From contig OZ176051.1 in assembly GCA_964247055.1 (NCBI GenBank), forward strand, positions 13,020,001-13,084,000: a DNA stretch of 64,000 nt, given 5' to 3'. Position numbers and translations under genes: made by a program. Below, piece by piece: positions 37,801-52,800 of the stretch. The notes beneath the pieces are model-generated. The model did no database searches, was not told where the DNA came from, and saw nothing but the letters and a program-made list of their open reading frames with translations. The stretch's first letter is position 1. Every line of letters begins with the position of its first letter. The DNA is from Paragordius varius (lineage: Eukaryota > Animalia > Nematomorpha).

Positions 37801-40800
37801 CTCCTTCCGGTCAAACCACTCCATCAGGTGCTACAACGCCTTCAGGAGAAACAACGCCATCCGGGCAAACAACTCCATCTGGTCAAACAACTCCTTCAGG
37901 TCAAACTACACCATCAGGAGTGACCACACCATCGGGTGAAACTACACCCTCTGGTCAAACAACGCCGTCTGGTGAAACGACTCCATCAGGTGTAACTACA
38001 CCTTCCGGTCAAACAACGCCATCAGGTCAAACCACTCCTTCAGGTCAAACTACACCATCTGGTCAAACCACTCCATCAGGTGCTACTACGCCCTCTGGTC
38101 AAACAACTCCATCAGGTGCTACTACACCTTCCGGTCAAACAACGCCATCCGGTCAAACAACTCCATCCGGTCAAACCACTCCTTCAGGTCAAACCACTCC
38201 TTCAGGTCAAACCACTCCATCAGGTGCCACAACGCCTTCAGGAGAAACAACGCCATCCGGTCAAACAACTCCATCTGGTCAAACAACTCCTTCAGGTCAA
38301 ACTACACCATCAGGAGTGACCACACCATCGGGTGAAACTACACCCTCTGGTCAAACAACGCCGTCTGGTGAAACGACTCCTTCAGGTGCAACTACACCTT
38401 CCGGTCAAACAACGCCATCAGGTCAAACCACTCCTTCAGGTCAAACTACACCATCTGGTCAAACCACTCCATCAGGTGCTACTACGCCCTCTGGTCAAAC
38501 AACTCCATCAGGTGCTACTACACCTTCCGGTCAAACAACTCCATCCGGTCAAACAACTCCTTCAGGTCAAACTACACCATCTGGTCAAACCACTCCATCA
38601 GGTGCTACAACGCCTTCAGGAGAAACAACGCCATCCGGTCAAACAACTCCATCTGGTCAAACAACTCCTTCAGGTCAAACTACACCATCAGGAGTGACCA
38701 CACCATCGGGTGAAACTACACCCTCTGGTCAAACAACGCCGTCTGGTGAAACGACTCCTTCAGGTGCAACTACACCTTCCGGTCAAACAACGCCATCCGG
38801 TCAAACCACTCCTTCAGGTCAAACTACACCATCTGGTCAAACCACTCCATCAGGTGCTACTACGCCCTCTGGTCAAACAACTCCATCAGCTGCTACTACA
38901 CCTTCCGGTCAAACAACTCCATCCGGTCAAACAACTCCTTCAGGTCAAACTACACCATCTGGTCAAACCACTCCATCAGGTGCTACAACGCCTTCAGGAG
39001 AAACAACGCCATCCGGTCAAACAACTCCATCTGGTCAAACAACTCCTTCAGGTCAAACTACACCATCAGGAGTGACCACGCCATCGGGTGAAACCACTCC
39101 ATCAGGTGCTACTACGCCTTCTGGTCAAACAACTCCATCAGGTGCTACTACGCCTTCAGGTCAAACAACACCATCTGGTCAAACCACTCCATCAGGTGCT
39201 ACTACGCCTTCTGGGGAAACAACGCCATCCGGTCAAACAACTCCATCTGGTCAAACAACTCCCTCAGGTCAAACTACACCATCTGGTGTAACCACTCCAT
39301 CAGGTGCAACTACACCTTCCGGTCAAACAACTCCATCTGGTCAAACAACTCCCTCAGGTCAAACTACACCATCTGGTGTAACCACTCCATCAGGTGCAAC
39401 TACACCTTCCGGTCAAACAACTCCATCTGGTGAAACAACTCCTTCAGGACAAACCACTCCATCTGGCCAAACTACACCTTCTGGTGAAACCACTCCATCT
39501 GGTCAAACAACGCCCTCTGGTCAAACGACTCCATCAGGTGAAACTACTCCATCTGGTGTGACTACACCATCTGGTCAAACAACTCCTTCAGGACAAACCA
39601 CTCCATCTGGTGTTACAACGCCATCCGGTCAAACAACTCCATCTGGTCAAACAACTCCCTCATTGCAAACTACACCATCTGGTGTAACCACTCCATCAGG
39701 TGCAACTACACCTTCCGGTCAAACAACTCCATCTGGTGAAACAACTCCTTCAGGACAAACTACACCATCCGGAGCTACCACGCCATCGGGTGCAACTACA
39801 CCTTCCGGTCAAACAACACCATCTGGTCAAACGACTCCTTCAGGTCAAACCACACCATCTGGCCAAACTACACCTTCTGGTGTAACCACTCCATCTGGTC
39901 AAACAACGCCCTCCGGTCAAACGACTCCATCAGGTGAAACTACTCCATCTGGTGTAACTACACCATCTGGTCAAACAACTCCTTCAGGACAAACCACTCC
40001 ATCTGGTGTTACAACGCCTTCCGGAGCTACCACGCCATCCGGTGAAACTACGCCTTCTGGACAAACCACTCCATCAGGTGCTACTACACCTTCCGGTCAA
40101 ACTACCCCATCTGGTGCAACAACACCATCTGGTGAAACAACGCCCTCCGGTCAAACCACTCCATCAGGTGTAACGACGCCATCCGGACAAACAACTACTT
40201 GTCCGCCAAGTATTAAAAATATTTTTATAAAATTTTAGCCATTGATATATGTGAATTGGTGACGGAAAACGGTAATTACAGTTTGAGTGACTTAGTTGGG
40301 TGCACGTCTCCCTCTTGCAAGTATATTTACCTTTCTAAAAATTTATTAGGGATGATATTTATTTGGAACGCGATGGCGACAAAATTATATGGCCAATTGA
40401 CAATCAAGACATCTTTGGTGTATTTAATCCATCTGACGAAGAGCAAGAAGAATTATATCAAACTCTCACCATTCTTTTCTACCTTAAAACAAAATTCAAT
40501 CTTACATTTATTGCGGATAGCAATGTAAGTCATATTACACAAACATTTATAAATATGACATGTAAAACGTCCAATATATATGACATAATTTTTTTGAATA
40601 TTAAGCTTGAATTGGTAACAAAACCAAACATCACGGATTACAATGAAATAGCAATTTGCAGTCTTTTCATTGAAAAGGATATCTATTCTGATTGCCTGTA
40701 CCCACAAGATATTGAAGATAAGGAAATAGTATATAATATATGTTAACATTGTATAGAAACAAATCGAACAATTACAAAATGGAATCAAAATTACGACTAA

Positions 40801-43800
40801 TGACGGCAATGAAAAAATTATCGAAAATGCTTTTGTCATTCGCGCTAACAAAGATGTTTTCGAAGTTTCTGGGGACAAACACAAGCTCAATATTGTCTTG
40901 ATTGACTGTGCAAGTAAGATTCATAATGAAATATCGAAAAATATTGTTATCAGTAAATAGTTGTTTCATGCATTTATATTTGTTTTTCATATTAATACAG
41001 ATGTAACGACAACAGGTATTTCTTGATTTTATTAATTTTTTAGTTGTGACGCCAACGACGACAGGATCACCTTTCAATACAACAACAACGGCTTCAACAC
41101 CTATAACCACACCATCGGGACAAACAACTCCCTCTGGTCAAACGACTCCATCAGGTGAAACAACTCCATCTGGTGTAACTACACCATCTGGTGTTACAAC
41201 GCCTTCAGGGGAAACCACGCCCTCTGGAGCAACAACCCCATCTGGTCAAACAACTCCTTCCGGCTTAACGACACCTTCTGGTGCAACGACTCCATCTGGT
41301 GTTACAACGCCTTCAGGAGCTACCACGCCATCTGGACAAACAACTCCATCAGGACAAACTACACCATCAGGAGCTACAACGCCATCAGGTGAAACTACAC
41401 CTTCTGGACAAACAACTCCTTCCGGTCAAACCACTCCATCAGGTGCTACAACGCCTTCAGGAGAAACAACGCCATCCGGGCAAACAACTCCATCTGGTCA
41501 AACAACTCCTTCAGGTCAAACTACACCATCAGGAGTGACCACACCATCGGGTGAAACTACACCCTCTGGTCAAACAACGCCGTCTGGTGAAACGACTCCA
41601 TCAGGTGTAACTACACCTTCCGGTCAAACAACGCCATCAGGTCAAACCACTCCTTCAGGTCAAACTACACCATCTGGTCAAACCACTCCATCAGGTGCTA
41701 CTACGCCCTCTGGTCAAACAACTCCATCAGGTGCTACTACACCTTCCGGTCAAACAACGCCATCCGGTCAAACAACTCCATCCGGTCAAACCACTCCTTC
41801 AGGTCAAACCACTCCTTCAGGTCAAACCACTCCATCAGGTGCCACAACGCCTTCAGGAGAAACAACGCCATCCGGTCAAACAACTCCATCTGGTCAAACA
41901 ACTCCTTCAGGTCAAACTACACCATCAGGAGTGACCACACCATCGGGTGAAACTACACCCTCTGGTCAAACAACGCCGTCTGGTGAAACGACTCCTTCAG
42001 GTGCAACTACACCTTCCGGTCAAACAACGCCATCAGGTCAAACCACTCCTTCAGGTCAAACTACACCATCTGGTCAAACCACTCCATCAGGTGCTACTAC
42101 GCCCTCTGGTCAAACAACTCCATCAGGTGCTACTACACCTTCCGGTCAAACAACTCCATCCGGTCAAACAACTCCTTCAGGTCAAACTACACCATCTGGT
42201 CAAACCACTCCATCAGGTGCTACAACGCCTTCAGGAGAAACAACGCCATCCGGTCAAACAACTCCATCTGGTCAAACAACTCCTTCAGGTCAAACTACAC
42301 CATCAGGAGTGACCACACCATCGGGTGAAACTACACCCTCTGGTCAAACAACGCCGTCTGGTGAAACGACTCCTTCAGGTGCAACTACACCCTCCGGTCA
42401 AACAACGCCATCCGGTCAAACCACTCCTTCAGGTCAAACTACACCATCTGGTCAAACCACTCCATCAGGTGCTACTACGCCCTCTGGTCAAACAACTCCA
42501 TCAGCTGCTACTACACCTTCCGGTCAAACAACTCCATCCGGTCAAACAACTCCATCCGGTCAAACAACTCCATCCGGTCAAACAACTCCTTCAGGTCAAA
42601 CTACACCATCTGGTCAAACCACTCCATCAGGTGCTACAACGCCTTCAGGAGAAACAACGCCATCCGGTCAAACAACTCCATCTGGTCAAACAACTCCTTC
42701 AGGTCAAACTACACCATCAGGAGTGACCACGCCATCGGGTGAAACCACTCCATCAGGTGCTACTACGCCTTCTGGTCAAACAACTCCATCAGGTGCTACT
42801 ACGCCTTCAGGTCAAACAACACCATCTGGTCAAACCACTCCATCAGGTGCTACTACGCCTTCTGGGGAAACAACGCCATCCGGTCAAACAACTCCATCTG
42901 GTCAAACAACTCCCTCAGGTCAAACTACACCATCTGGTGTAACCACTCCATCAGGTGCAACTACACCTTCCGGTCAAACAACTCCATCTGGTCAAACAAC
43001 TCCCTCAGGTCAAACTACACCATCTGGTGTAACCACTCCATCAGGTGCAACTACACCTTCCGGTCAAACAACTCCATCTGGTGAAACAACTCCTTCAGGA
43101 CAAACCACTCCATCTGGCCAAACTACACCTTCTGGTGAAACCACTCCATCTGGTCAAACAACGCCCTCTGGTCAAACGACTCCATCAGGTGAAACTACTC
43201 CATCTGGTGTGACTACACCATCTGGTCAAACAACTCCTTCAGGACAAACCACTCCATCTGGTGTTACAACGCCATCCGGTCAAACAACTCCATCTGGTCA
43301 AACAACTCCCTCAGGGCAAACTACACCATCTGGTGTAACCACTCCATCAGGTGCAACTACACCTTCCGGTCAAACAACTCCATCTGGTGAAACAACTCCT
43401 TCAGGACAAACTACACCATCCGGAGCTACCACGCCATCGGGTGCAACTACACCTTCCGGTCAAACAACACCATCTGGTCAAACGACTCCTTCAGGTCAAA
43501 CCACACCATCTGGCCAAACTACACCTTCTGGTGTAACCACTCCATCTGGTCAAACAACGCCCTCCGGTCAAACGACTCCATCAGGTGAAACTACTCCATC
43601 TGGTGTAACTACACCATCTGGTCAAACAACTCCTTCAGGACAAACCACTCCATCTGGTGTTACAACGCCTTCCGGAGCTACCACGCCATCCGGTGAAACT
43701 ACGCCTTCTGGACAAACCACTCCATCAGGTGCTACTACACCTTCCGGTCAAACTACCCCATCTGGTGCAACAACACCATCTGGTGAAACAACGCCCTCCG

Positions 43801-46800
43801 GTCAAACCACTCCATCAGGTGTAACGACGCCATCCGGACAAACAACTACTTGTCCGCCAAGTATTAAAAATATTTTTATAAAATTTTAGCCATTGATATA
43901 TGTGAATTGGTGACGGAAAACGGTAATTACAGTTTGAGTGACTTAGTTGGGTGCACGTCTCCCTCTTGCAAGTATATTTACCTTTCTAAAAATTTATTAG
44001 GGATGATATTTATTTGGAACGCGATGGCGACAAAATTATATGGCCAATTGACAATCAAGACATCTTTGGTGTATTTAATCCATCTGACGAAGAGCAAGAA
44101 GAATTATATCAAACTCTCACCATTCTTTTCTACCTTAAAACAAAATTCAATCTTACATTTATTGCGGATAGCAATGTAAGTCATATTACACAAACATTTA
44201 TAAATATGACATGTAAAACGTCCAATATATATGACATAATTTTTTTGAATATTAAGCTTGAATTGGTAACAAAACCAAACATCACGGATTACAATGAAAT
44301 AGCAATTTGCAGTCTTTTCATTGAAAAGGATATCTATTCTGATTGCCTGTACCCACAAGATATTGAAGATAAGGAAATAGTATATAATATATGTTAACAT
44401 TGTATAGAAACAAATCGAACAATTACAAAATGGAATCAAAATTACGACTAATGACGGCAATGAAAAAATTATCGAAAATGCTTTTGTCATTCGCGCTAAC
44501 AAAGATGTTTTCGAAGTTTCTGGGGACAAACACAAGCTCAATATTGTCTTGATTGACTGTGCAAGTAAGATTCATAATGAAATATCGAAAAATATTGTTA
44601 TCAGTAAATAGTTGTTTCATGCATTTATATTTGTTTTTCATATTAATACAGATGTAACGACAACAGGTATTTCTTGATTTTATTAATTTTTTAGTTGTGA
44701 CGCCAACGACGACAGGATCACCTTTCAATACAACAACAACGGCTTCAACACCTATAACCACACCATCGGGACAAACAACTCCCTCTGGTCAAACGACTCC
44801 ATCAGGTGAAACAACTCCATCTGGTGTAACTACACCATCTGGTGTTACAACGCCTTCAGGGGAAACCACGCCCTCTGGAGCAACAACCCCATCTGGTCAA
44901 ACAACTCCTTCCGGCTTAACGACACCTTCTGGTGCAACGACTCCATCTGGTGTTACAACGCCTTCAGGAGCTACCACGCCATCTGGACAAACAACTCCAT
45001 CAGGACAAACTACACCATCAGGAGCTACAACGCCATCAGGTGAAACTACACCTTCTGGACAAACAACTCCTTCCGGTCAAACCACTCCATCAGGTGCTAC
45101 AACGCCTTCAGGAGAAACAACGCCATCCGGGCAAACAACTCCATCTGGTCAAACAACTCCTTCAGGTCAAACTACACCATCAGGAGTGACCACACCATCG
45201 GGTGAAACTACACCCTCTGGTCAAACAACGCCGTCTGGTGAAACGACTCCATCAGGTGTAACTACACCTTCCGGTCAAACAACGCCATCAGGTCAAACCA
45301 CTCCTTCAGGTCAAACTACACCATCTGGTCAAACCACTCCATCAGGTGCTACTACGCCCTCTGGTCAAACAACTCCATCAGGTGCTACTACACCTTCCGG
45401 TCAAACAACGCCATCCGGTCAAACAACTCCATCCGGTCAAACCACTCCTTCAGGTCAAACCACTCCTTCAGGTCAAACCACTCCATCAGGTGCCACAACG
45501 CCTTCAGGAGAAACAACGCCATCCGGTCAAACAACTCCATCTGGTCAAACAACTCCTTCAGGTCAAACTACACCATCAGGAGTGACCACACCATCGGGTG
45601 AAACTACACCCTCTGGTCAAACAACGCCGTCTGGTGAAACGACTCCTTCAGGTGCAACTACACCTTCCGGTCAAACAACGCCATCAGGTCAAACCACTCC
45701 TTCAGGTCAAACTACACCATCTGGTCAAACCACTCCATCAGGTGCTACTACGCCCTCTGGTCAAACAACTCCATCAGGTGCTACTACACCTTCCGGTCAA
45801 ACAACTCCATCCGGTCAAACAACTCCTTCAGGTCAAACTACACCATCTGGTCAAACCACTCCATCAGGTGCTACAACGCCTTCAGGAGAAACAACGCCAT
45901 CCGGTCAAACAACTCCATCTGGTCAAACAACTCCTTCAGGTCAAACTACACCATCAGGAGTGACCACACCATCGGGTGAAACTACACCCTCTGGTCAAAC
46001 AACGCCGTCTGGTGAAACGACTCCTTCAGGTGCAACTACACCCTCCGGTCAAACAACGCCATCCGGTCAAACCACTCCTTCAGGTCAAACTACACCATCT
46101 GGTCAAACCACTCCATCAGGTGCTACTACGCCCTCTGGTCAAACAACTCCATCAGCTGCTACTACACCTTCCGGTCAAACAACTCCATCCGGTCAAACAA
46201 CTCCATCCGGTCAAACAACTCCATCCGGTCAAACAACTCCTTCAGGTCAAACTACACCATCTGGTCAAACCACTCCATCAGGTGCTACAACGCCTTCAGG
46301 AGAAACAACGCCATCCGGTCAAACAACTCCATCTGGTCAAACAACTCCTTCAGGTCAAACTACACCATCAGGAGTGACCACGCCATCGGGTGAAACCACT
46401 CCATCAGGTGCTACTACGCCTTCTGGTCAAACAACTCCATCAGGTGCTACTACGCCTTCAGGTCAAACAACACCATCTGGTCAAACCACTCCATCAGGTG
46501 CTACTACGCCTTCTGGGGAAACAACGCCATCCGGTCAAACAACTCCATCTGGTCAAACAACTCCCTCAGGTCAAACTACACCATCTGGTGTAACCACTCC
46601 ATCAGGTGCAACTACACCTTCCGGTCAAACAACTCCATCTGGTCAAACAACTCCCTCAGGTCAAACTACACCATCTGGTGTAACCACTCCATCAGGTGCA
46701 ACTACACCTTCCGGTCAAACAACTCCATCTGGTGAAACAACTCCTTCAGGACAAACCACTCCATCTGGCCAAACTACACCTTCTGGTGAAACCACTCCAT

Positions 46801-49800
46801 CTGGTCAAACAACGCCCTCTGGTCAAACGACTCCATCAGGTGAAACTACTCCATCTGGTGTGACTACACCATCTGGTCAAACAACTCCTTCAGGACAAAC
46901 CACTCCATCTGGTGTTACAACGCCATCCGGTCAAACAACTCCATCTGGTCAAACAACTCCCTCAGGGCAAACTACACCATCTGGTGTAACCACTCCATCA
47001 GGTGCAACTACACCTTCCGGTCAAACAACTCCATCTGGTGAAACAACTCCTTCAGGACAAACTACACCATCCGGAGCTACCACGCCATCGGGTGCAACTA
47101 CACCTTCCGGTCAAACAACACCATCTGGTCAAACGACTCCTTCAGGTCAAACCACACCATCTGGCCAAACTACACCTTCTGGTGTAACCACTCCATCTGG
47201 TCAAACAACGCCCTCCGGTCAAACGACTCCATCAGGTGAAACTACTCCATCTGGTGTAACTACACCATCTGGTCAAACAACTCCTTCAGGACAAACCACT
47301 CCATCTGGTGTTACAACGCCTTCCGGAGCTACCACGCCATCCGGTGAAACTACGCCTTCTGGACAAACCACTCCATCAGGTGCTACTACACCTTCCGGTC
47401 AAACTACCCCATCTGGTGCAACAACACCATCTGGTGAAACAACGCCCTCCGGTCAAACCACTCCATCAGGTGTAACGACGCCATCCGGACAAACAACTAC
47501 TTGTCCGCCAAGTATTAAAAATATTTTTATAAAATTTTAGCCATTGATATATGTGAATTGGTGACGGAAAACGGTAATTACAGTTTGAGTGACTTAGTTG
47601 GGTGCACGTCTCCCTCTTGCAAGTATATTTACCTTTCTAAAAATTTATTAGGGATGATATTTATTTGGAACGCGATGGCGACAAAATTATATGGCCAATT
47701 GACAATCAAGACATCTTTGGTGTATTTAATCCATCTGACGAAGAGCAAGAAGAATTATATCAAACTCTCACCATTCTTTTCTACCTTAAAACAAAATTCA
47801 ATCTTACATTTATTGCGGATAGCAATGTAAGTCATATTACACAAACATTTATAAATATGACATGTAAAACGTCCAATATATATGACATAATTTTTTTGAA
47901 TATTAAGCTTGAATTGGTAACAAAACCAAACATCACGGATTACAATGAAATAGCAATTTGCAGTCTTTTCATTGAAAAGGATATCTATTCTGATTGCCTG
48001 TACCCACAAGATATTGAAGATAAGGAAATAGTATATAATATATGTTAACATTGTATAGAAACAAATCGAACAATTACAAAATGGAATCAAAATTACGACT
48101 AATGACGGCAATGAAAAAATTATCGAAAATGCTTTTGTCATTCGCGCTAACAAAGATGTTTTCGAAGTTTCTGGGGACAAACACAAGCTCAATATTGTCT
48201 TGATTGACTGTGCAAGTAAGATTCATAATGAAATATCGAAAAATATTGTTATCAGTAAATAGTTGTTTCATGCATTTATATTTGTTTTTCATATTAATAC
48301 AGATGTAACGACAACAGGTATTTCTTGATTTTATTAATTTTTTAGTTGTGACGCCAACGACGACAGGATCACCTTTCAATACAACAACAACGGCTTCAAC
48401 ACCTATAACCACACCATCGGGACAAACAACTCCCTCTGGTCAAACGACTCCATCAGGTGAAACAACTCCATCTGGTGTAACTACACCATCTGGTGTTACA
48501 ACGCCTTCAGGGGAAACCACGCCCTCTGGAGCAACAACCCCATCTGGTCAAACAACTCCTTCCGGCTTAACGACACCTTCTGGTGCAACGACTCCATCTG
48601 GTGTTACAACGCCTTCAGGAGCTACCACGCCATCTGGACAAACAACTCCATCAGGACAAACTACACCATCAGGAGCTACAACGCCATCAGGTGAAACTAC
48701 ACCTTCTGGACAAACAACTCCTTCCGGTCAAACCACTCCATCAGGTGCTACAACGCCTTCAGGAGAAACAACGCCATCCGGGCAAACAACTCCATCTGGT
48801 CAAACAACTCCTTCAGGTCAAACTACACCATCAGGAGTGACCACACCATCGGGTGAAACTACACCCTCTGGTCAAACAACGCCGTCTGGTGAAACGACTC
48901 CATCAGGTGTAACTACACCTTCCGGTCAAACAACGCCATCAGGTCAAACCACTCCTTCAGGTCAAACTACACCATCTGGTCAAACCACTCCATCAGGTGC
49001 TACTACGCCCTCTGGTCAAACAACTCCATCAGGTGCTACTACACCTTCCGGTCAAACAACGCCATCCGGTCAAACAACTCCATCCGGTCAAACCACTCCT
49101 TCAGGTCAAACCACTCCTTCAGGTCAAACCACTCCATCAGGTGCCACAACGCCTTCAGGAGAAACAACGCCATCCGGTCAAACAACTCCATCTGGTCAAA
49201 CAACTCCTTCAGGTCAAACTACACCATCAGGAGTGACCACACCATCGGGTGAAACTACACCCTCTGGTCAAACAACGCCGTCTGGTGAAACGACTCCTTC
49301 AGGTGCAACTACACCTTCCGGTCAAACAACGCCATCAGGTCAAACCACTCCTTCAGGTCAAACTACACCATCTGGTCAAACCACTCCATCAGGTGCTACT
49401 ACGCCCTCTGGTCAAACAACTCCATCAGGTGCTACTACACCTTCCGGTCAAACAACTCCATCCGGTCAAACAACTCCTTCAGGTCAAACTACACCATCTG
49501 GTCAAACCACTCCATCAGGTGCTACAACGCCTTCAGGAGAAACAACGCCATCCGGTCAAACAACTCCATCTGGTCAAACAACTCCTTCAGGTCAAACTAC
49601 ACCATCAGGAGTGACCACACCATCGGGTGAAACTACACCCTCTGGTCAAACAACGCCGTCTGGTGAAACGACTCCTTCAGGTGCAACTACACCCTCCGGT
49701 CAAACAACGCCATCCGGTCAAACCACTCCTTCAGGTCAAACTACACCATCTGGTCAAACCACTCCATCAGGTGCTACTACGCCCTCTGGTCAAACAACTC

Positions 49801-52800
49801 CATCAGCTGCTACTACACCTTCCGGTCAAACAACTCCATCCGGTCAAACAACTCCATCCGGTCAAACAACTCCTTCAGGTCAAACTACACCATCTGGTCA
49901 AACCACTCCATCAGGTGCTACAACGCCTTCAGGAGAAACAACGCCATCCGGTCAAACAACTCCATCTGGTCAAACAACTCCTTCAGGTCAAACTACACCA
50001 TCAGGAGTGACCACGCCATCGGGTGAAACCACTCCATCAGGTGCTACTACGCCTTCTGGTCAAACAACTCCATCAGGTGCTACTACGCCTTCAGGTCAAA
50101 CAACACCATCTGGTCAAACCACTCCATCAGGTGCTACTACGCCTTCTGGGGAAACAACGCCATCCGGTCAAACAACTCCATCTGGTCAAACAACTCCCTC
50201 AGGTCAAACTACACCATCTGGTGTAACCACTCCATCAGGTGCAACTACACCTTCCGGTCAAACAACTCCATCTGGTCAAACAACTCCCTCAGGTCAAACT
50301 ACACCATCTGGTGTAACCACTCCATCAGGTGCAACTACACCTTCCGGTCAAACAACTCCATCTGGTGAAACAACTCCTTCAGGACAAACCACTCCATCTG
50401 GCCAAACTACACCTTCTGGTGAAACCACTCCATCTGGTCAAACAACGCCCTCTGGTCAAACGACTCCATCAGGTGAAACTACTCCATCTGGTGTGACTAC
50501 ACCATCTGGTCAAACAACTCCTTCAGGACAAACCACTCCATCTGGTGTTACAACGCCATCCGGTCAAACAACTCCATCTGGTCAAACAACTCCCTCAGGG
50601 CAAACTACACCATCTGGTGTAACCACTCCATCAGGTGCAACTACACCTTCCGGTCAAACAACTCCATCTGGTGAAACAACTCCTTCAGGACAAACTACAC
50701 CATCCGGAGCTACCACGCCATCGGGTGCAACTACACCTTCCGGTCAAACAACACCATCTGGTCAAACGACTCCTTCAGGTCAAACCACACCATCTGGCCA
50801 AACTACACCTTCTGGTGTAACCACTCCATCTGGTCAAACAACGCCCTCCGGTCAAACGACTCCATCAGGTGAAACTACTCCATCTGGTGTAACTACACCA
50901 TCTGGTCAAACAACTCCTTCAGGACAAACCACTCCATCTGGTGTTACAACGCCTTCCGGAGCTACCACGCCATCCGGTGAAACTACGCCTTCTGGACAAA
51001 CCACTCCATCAGGTGCTACTACACCTTCCGGTCAAACTACCCCATCTGGTGCAACAACACCATCTGGTGAAACAACGCCCTCCAGTCAAACCACTCCATC
51101 AGGTGTAACGACGCCATCCGGACAAACAACTACTTGTCCGCCAAGTATTAAAAATATTTTTATAAAATTTTAGCCATTGATATATGTGAATTGGTGACGG
51201 AAAACGGTAATTACAGTTTGAGTGACTTAGTTGGGTGCACGTCTCCCTCTTGCAAGTATATTTACCTTTCTAAAAATTTATTAGGGATGATATTTATTTG
51301 GAACGCGATGGCGACAAAATTATATGGCCAATTGACAATCAAGACATCTTTGGTGTATTTAATCCATCTGACGAAGACCAAGAAGAATTATATCAAACTC
51401 TCACCATTCTTTTCTACCTTAAAACAAAATTCAATCTAACATTTATTGCGGATAGCAATGTAAGTCATATTACACAAACATTTATAAATATGAAATGTAA
51501 AACGTCCAATATATATGACATAATTTTTTTGAATATTTAGCTTGTATTGGTAACAAAACCTAACATCACGGATTACAATGAAATAGCAATTTGCAGTCTT
51601 TTCATTGAAAAGGATATCTATTCTGATTGCCTGTACCCACAAGATATTGAAGATAAGGAAATAGTATATAATATATGTTAACATTGTATAGAAACAAATC
51701 GAACAATTACAAAATGGAATCAAAATTACGACTAATGACGGCAATGAAAAAATTATCGAAAATGCTTTTGTCATTCGCGCTAACAAAGATGTTTTCGAAG
51801 TTTCTGGGGACAAACACAAGCTCAATATTGTCTTGATTGACTGTGCAAGTAAGATTCATAATGAAATATCGAAAAATATTGTTATCAGTAAATAGTTGTT
51901 TCATGCATTTATATTTGTTTTTCATATTAATACAGATGTAACGACAACAGGTATTTCTTGATTTTATTAATTTTTTAGTTGTGACGCCAACGACGACAGG
52001 ATCACCTTTCAATACAACAACAACGGCTTCAACACCTATAACCACACCATCGGGACAAACAACTCCCTCTGGTCAAACGACTCCATCAGGTGAAACAACT
52101 CCATCTGGTGTAACTACACCATCTGGTGTTACAACGCCTTCAGGGGAAACCACGCCCTCTGGAGCAACAACCCCATCTGGTCAAACAACTCCTTCCGGCT
52201 TAACGACACCTTCTGGTGCAACGACTCCATCTGGTGTTACAACGCCTTCAGGAGCTACCACGCCATCTGGACAAACAACTCCATCAGGACAAACTACACC
52301 ATCAGGAGCTACAACGCCATCAGGTGAAACTACACCTTCTGGACAAACAACTCCTTCCGGTCAAACCACTCCATCAGGTGCTACAACGCCTTCAGGAGAA
52401 ACAACGCCATCCGGGCAAACAACTCCATCTGGTCAAACAACTCCTTCAGGTCAAACTACACCATCAGGAGTGACCACACCATCGGGTGAAACTACACCCT
52501 CTGGTCAAACAACGCCGTCTGGTGAAACGACTCCATCAGGTGTAACTACACCTTCCGGTCAAACAACGCCATCAGGTCAAACCACTCCTTCAGGTCAAAC
52601 TACACCATCTGGTCAAACCACTCCATCAGGTGCTACTACGCCCTCTGGTCAAACAACTCCATCAGGTGCTACTACACCTTCCGGTCAAACAACGCCATCC
52701 GGTCAAACAACTCCATCCGGTCAAACCACTCCTTCAGGTCAAACCACTCCTTCAGGTCAAACCACTCCATCAGGTGCCACAACGCCTTCAGGAGAAACAA

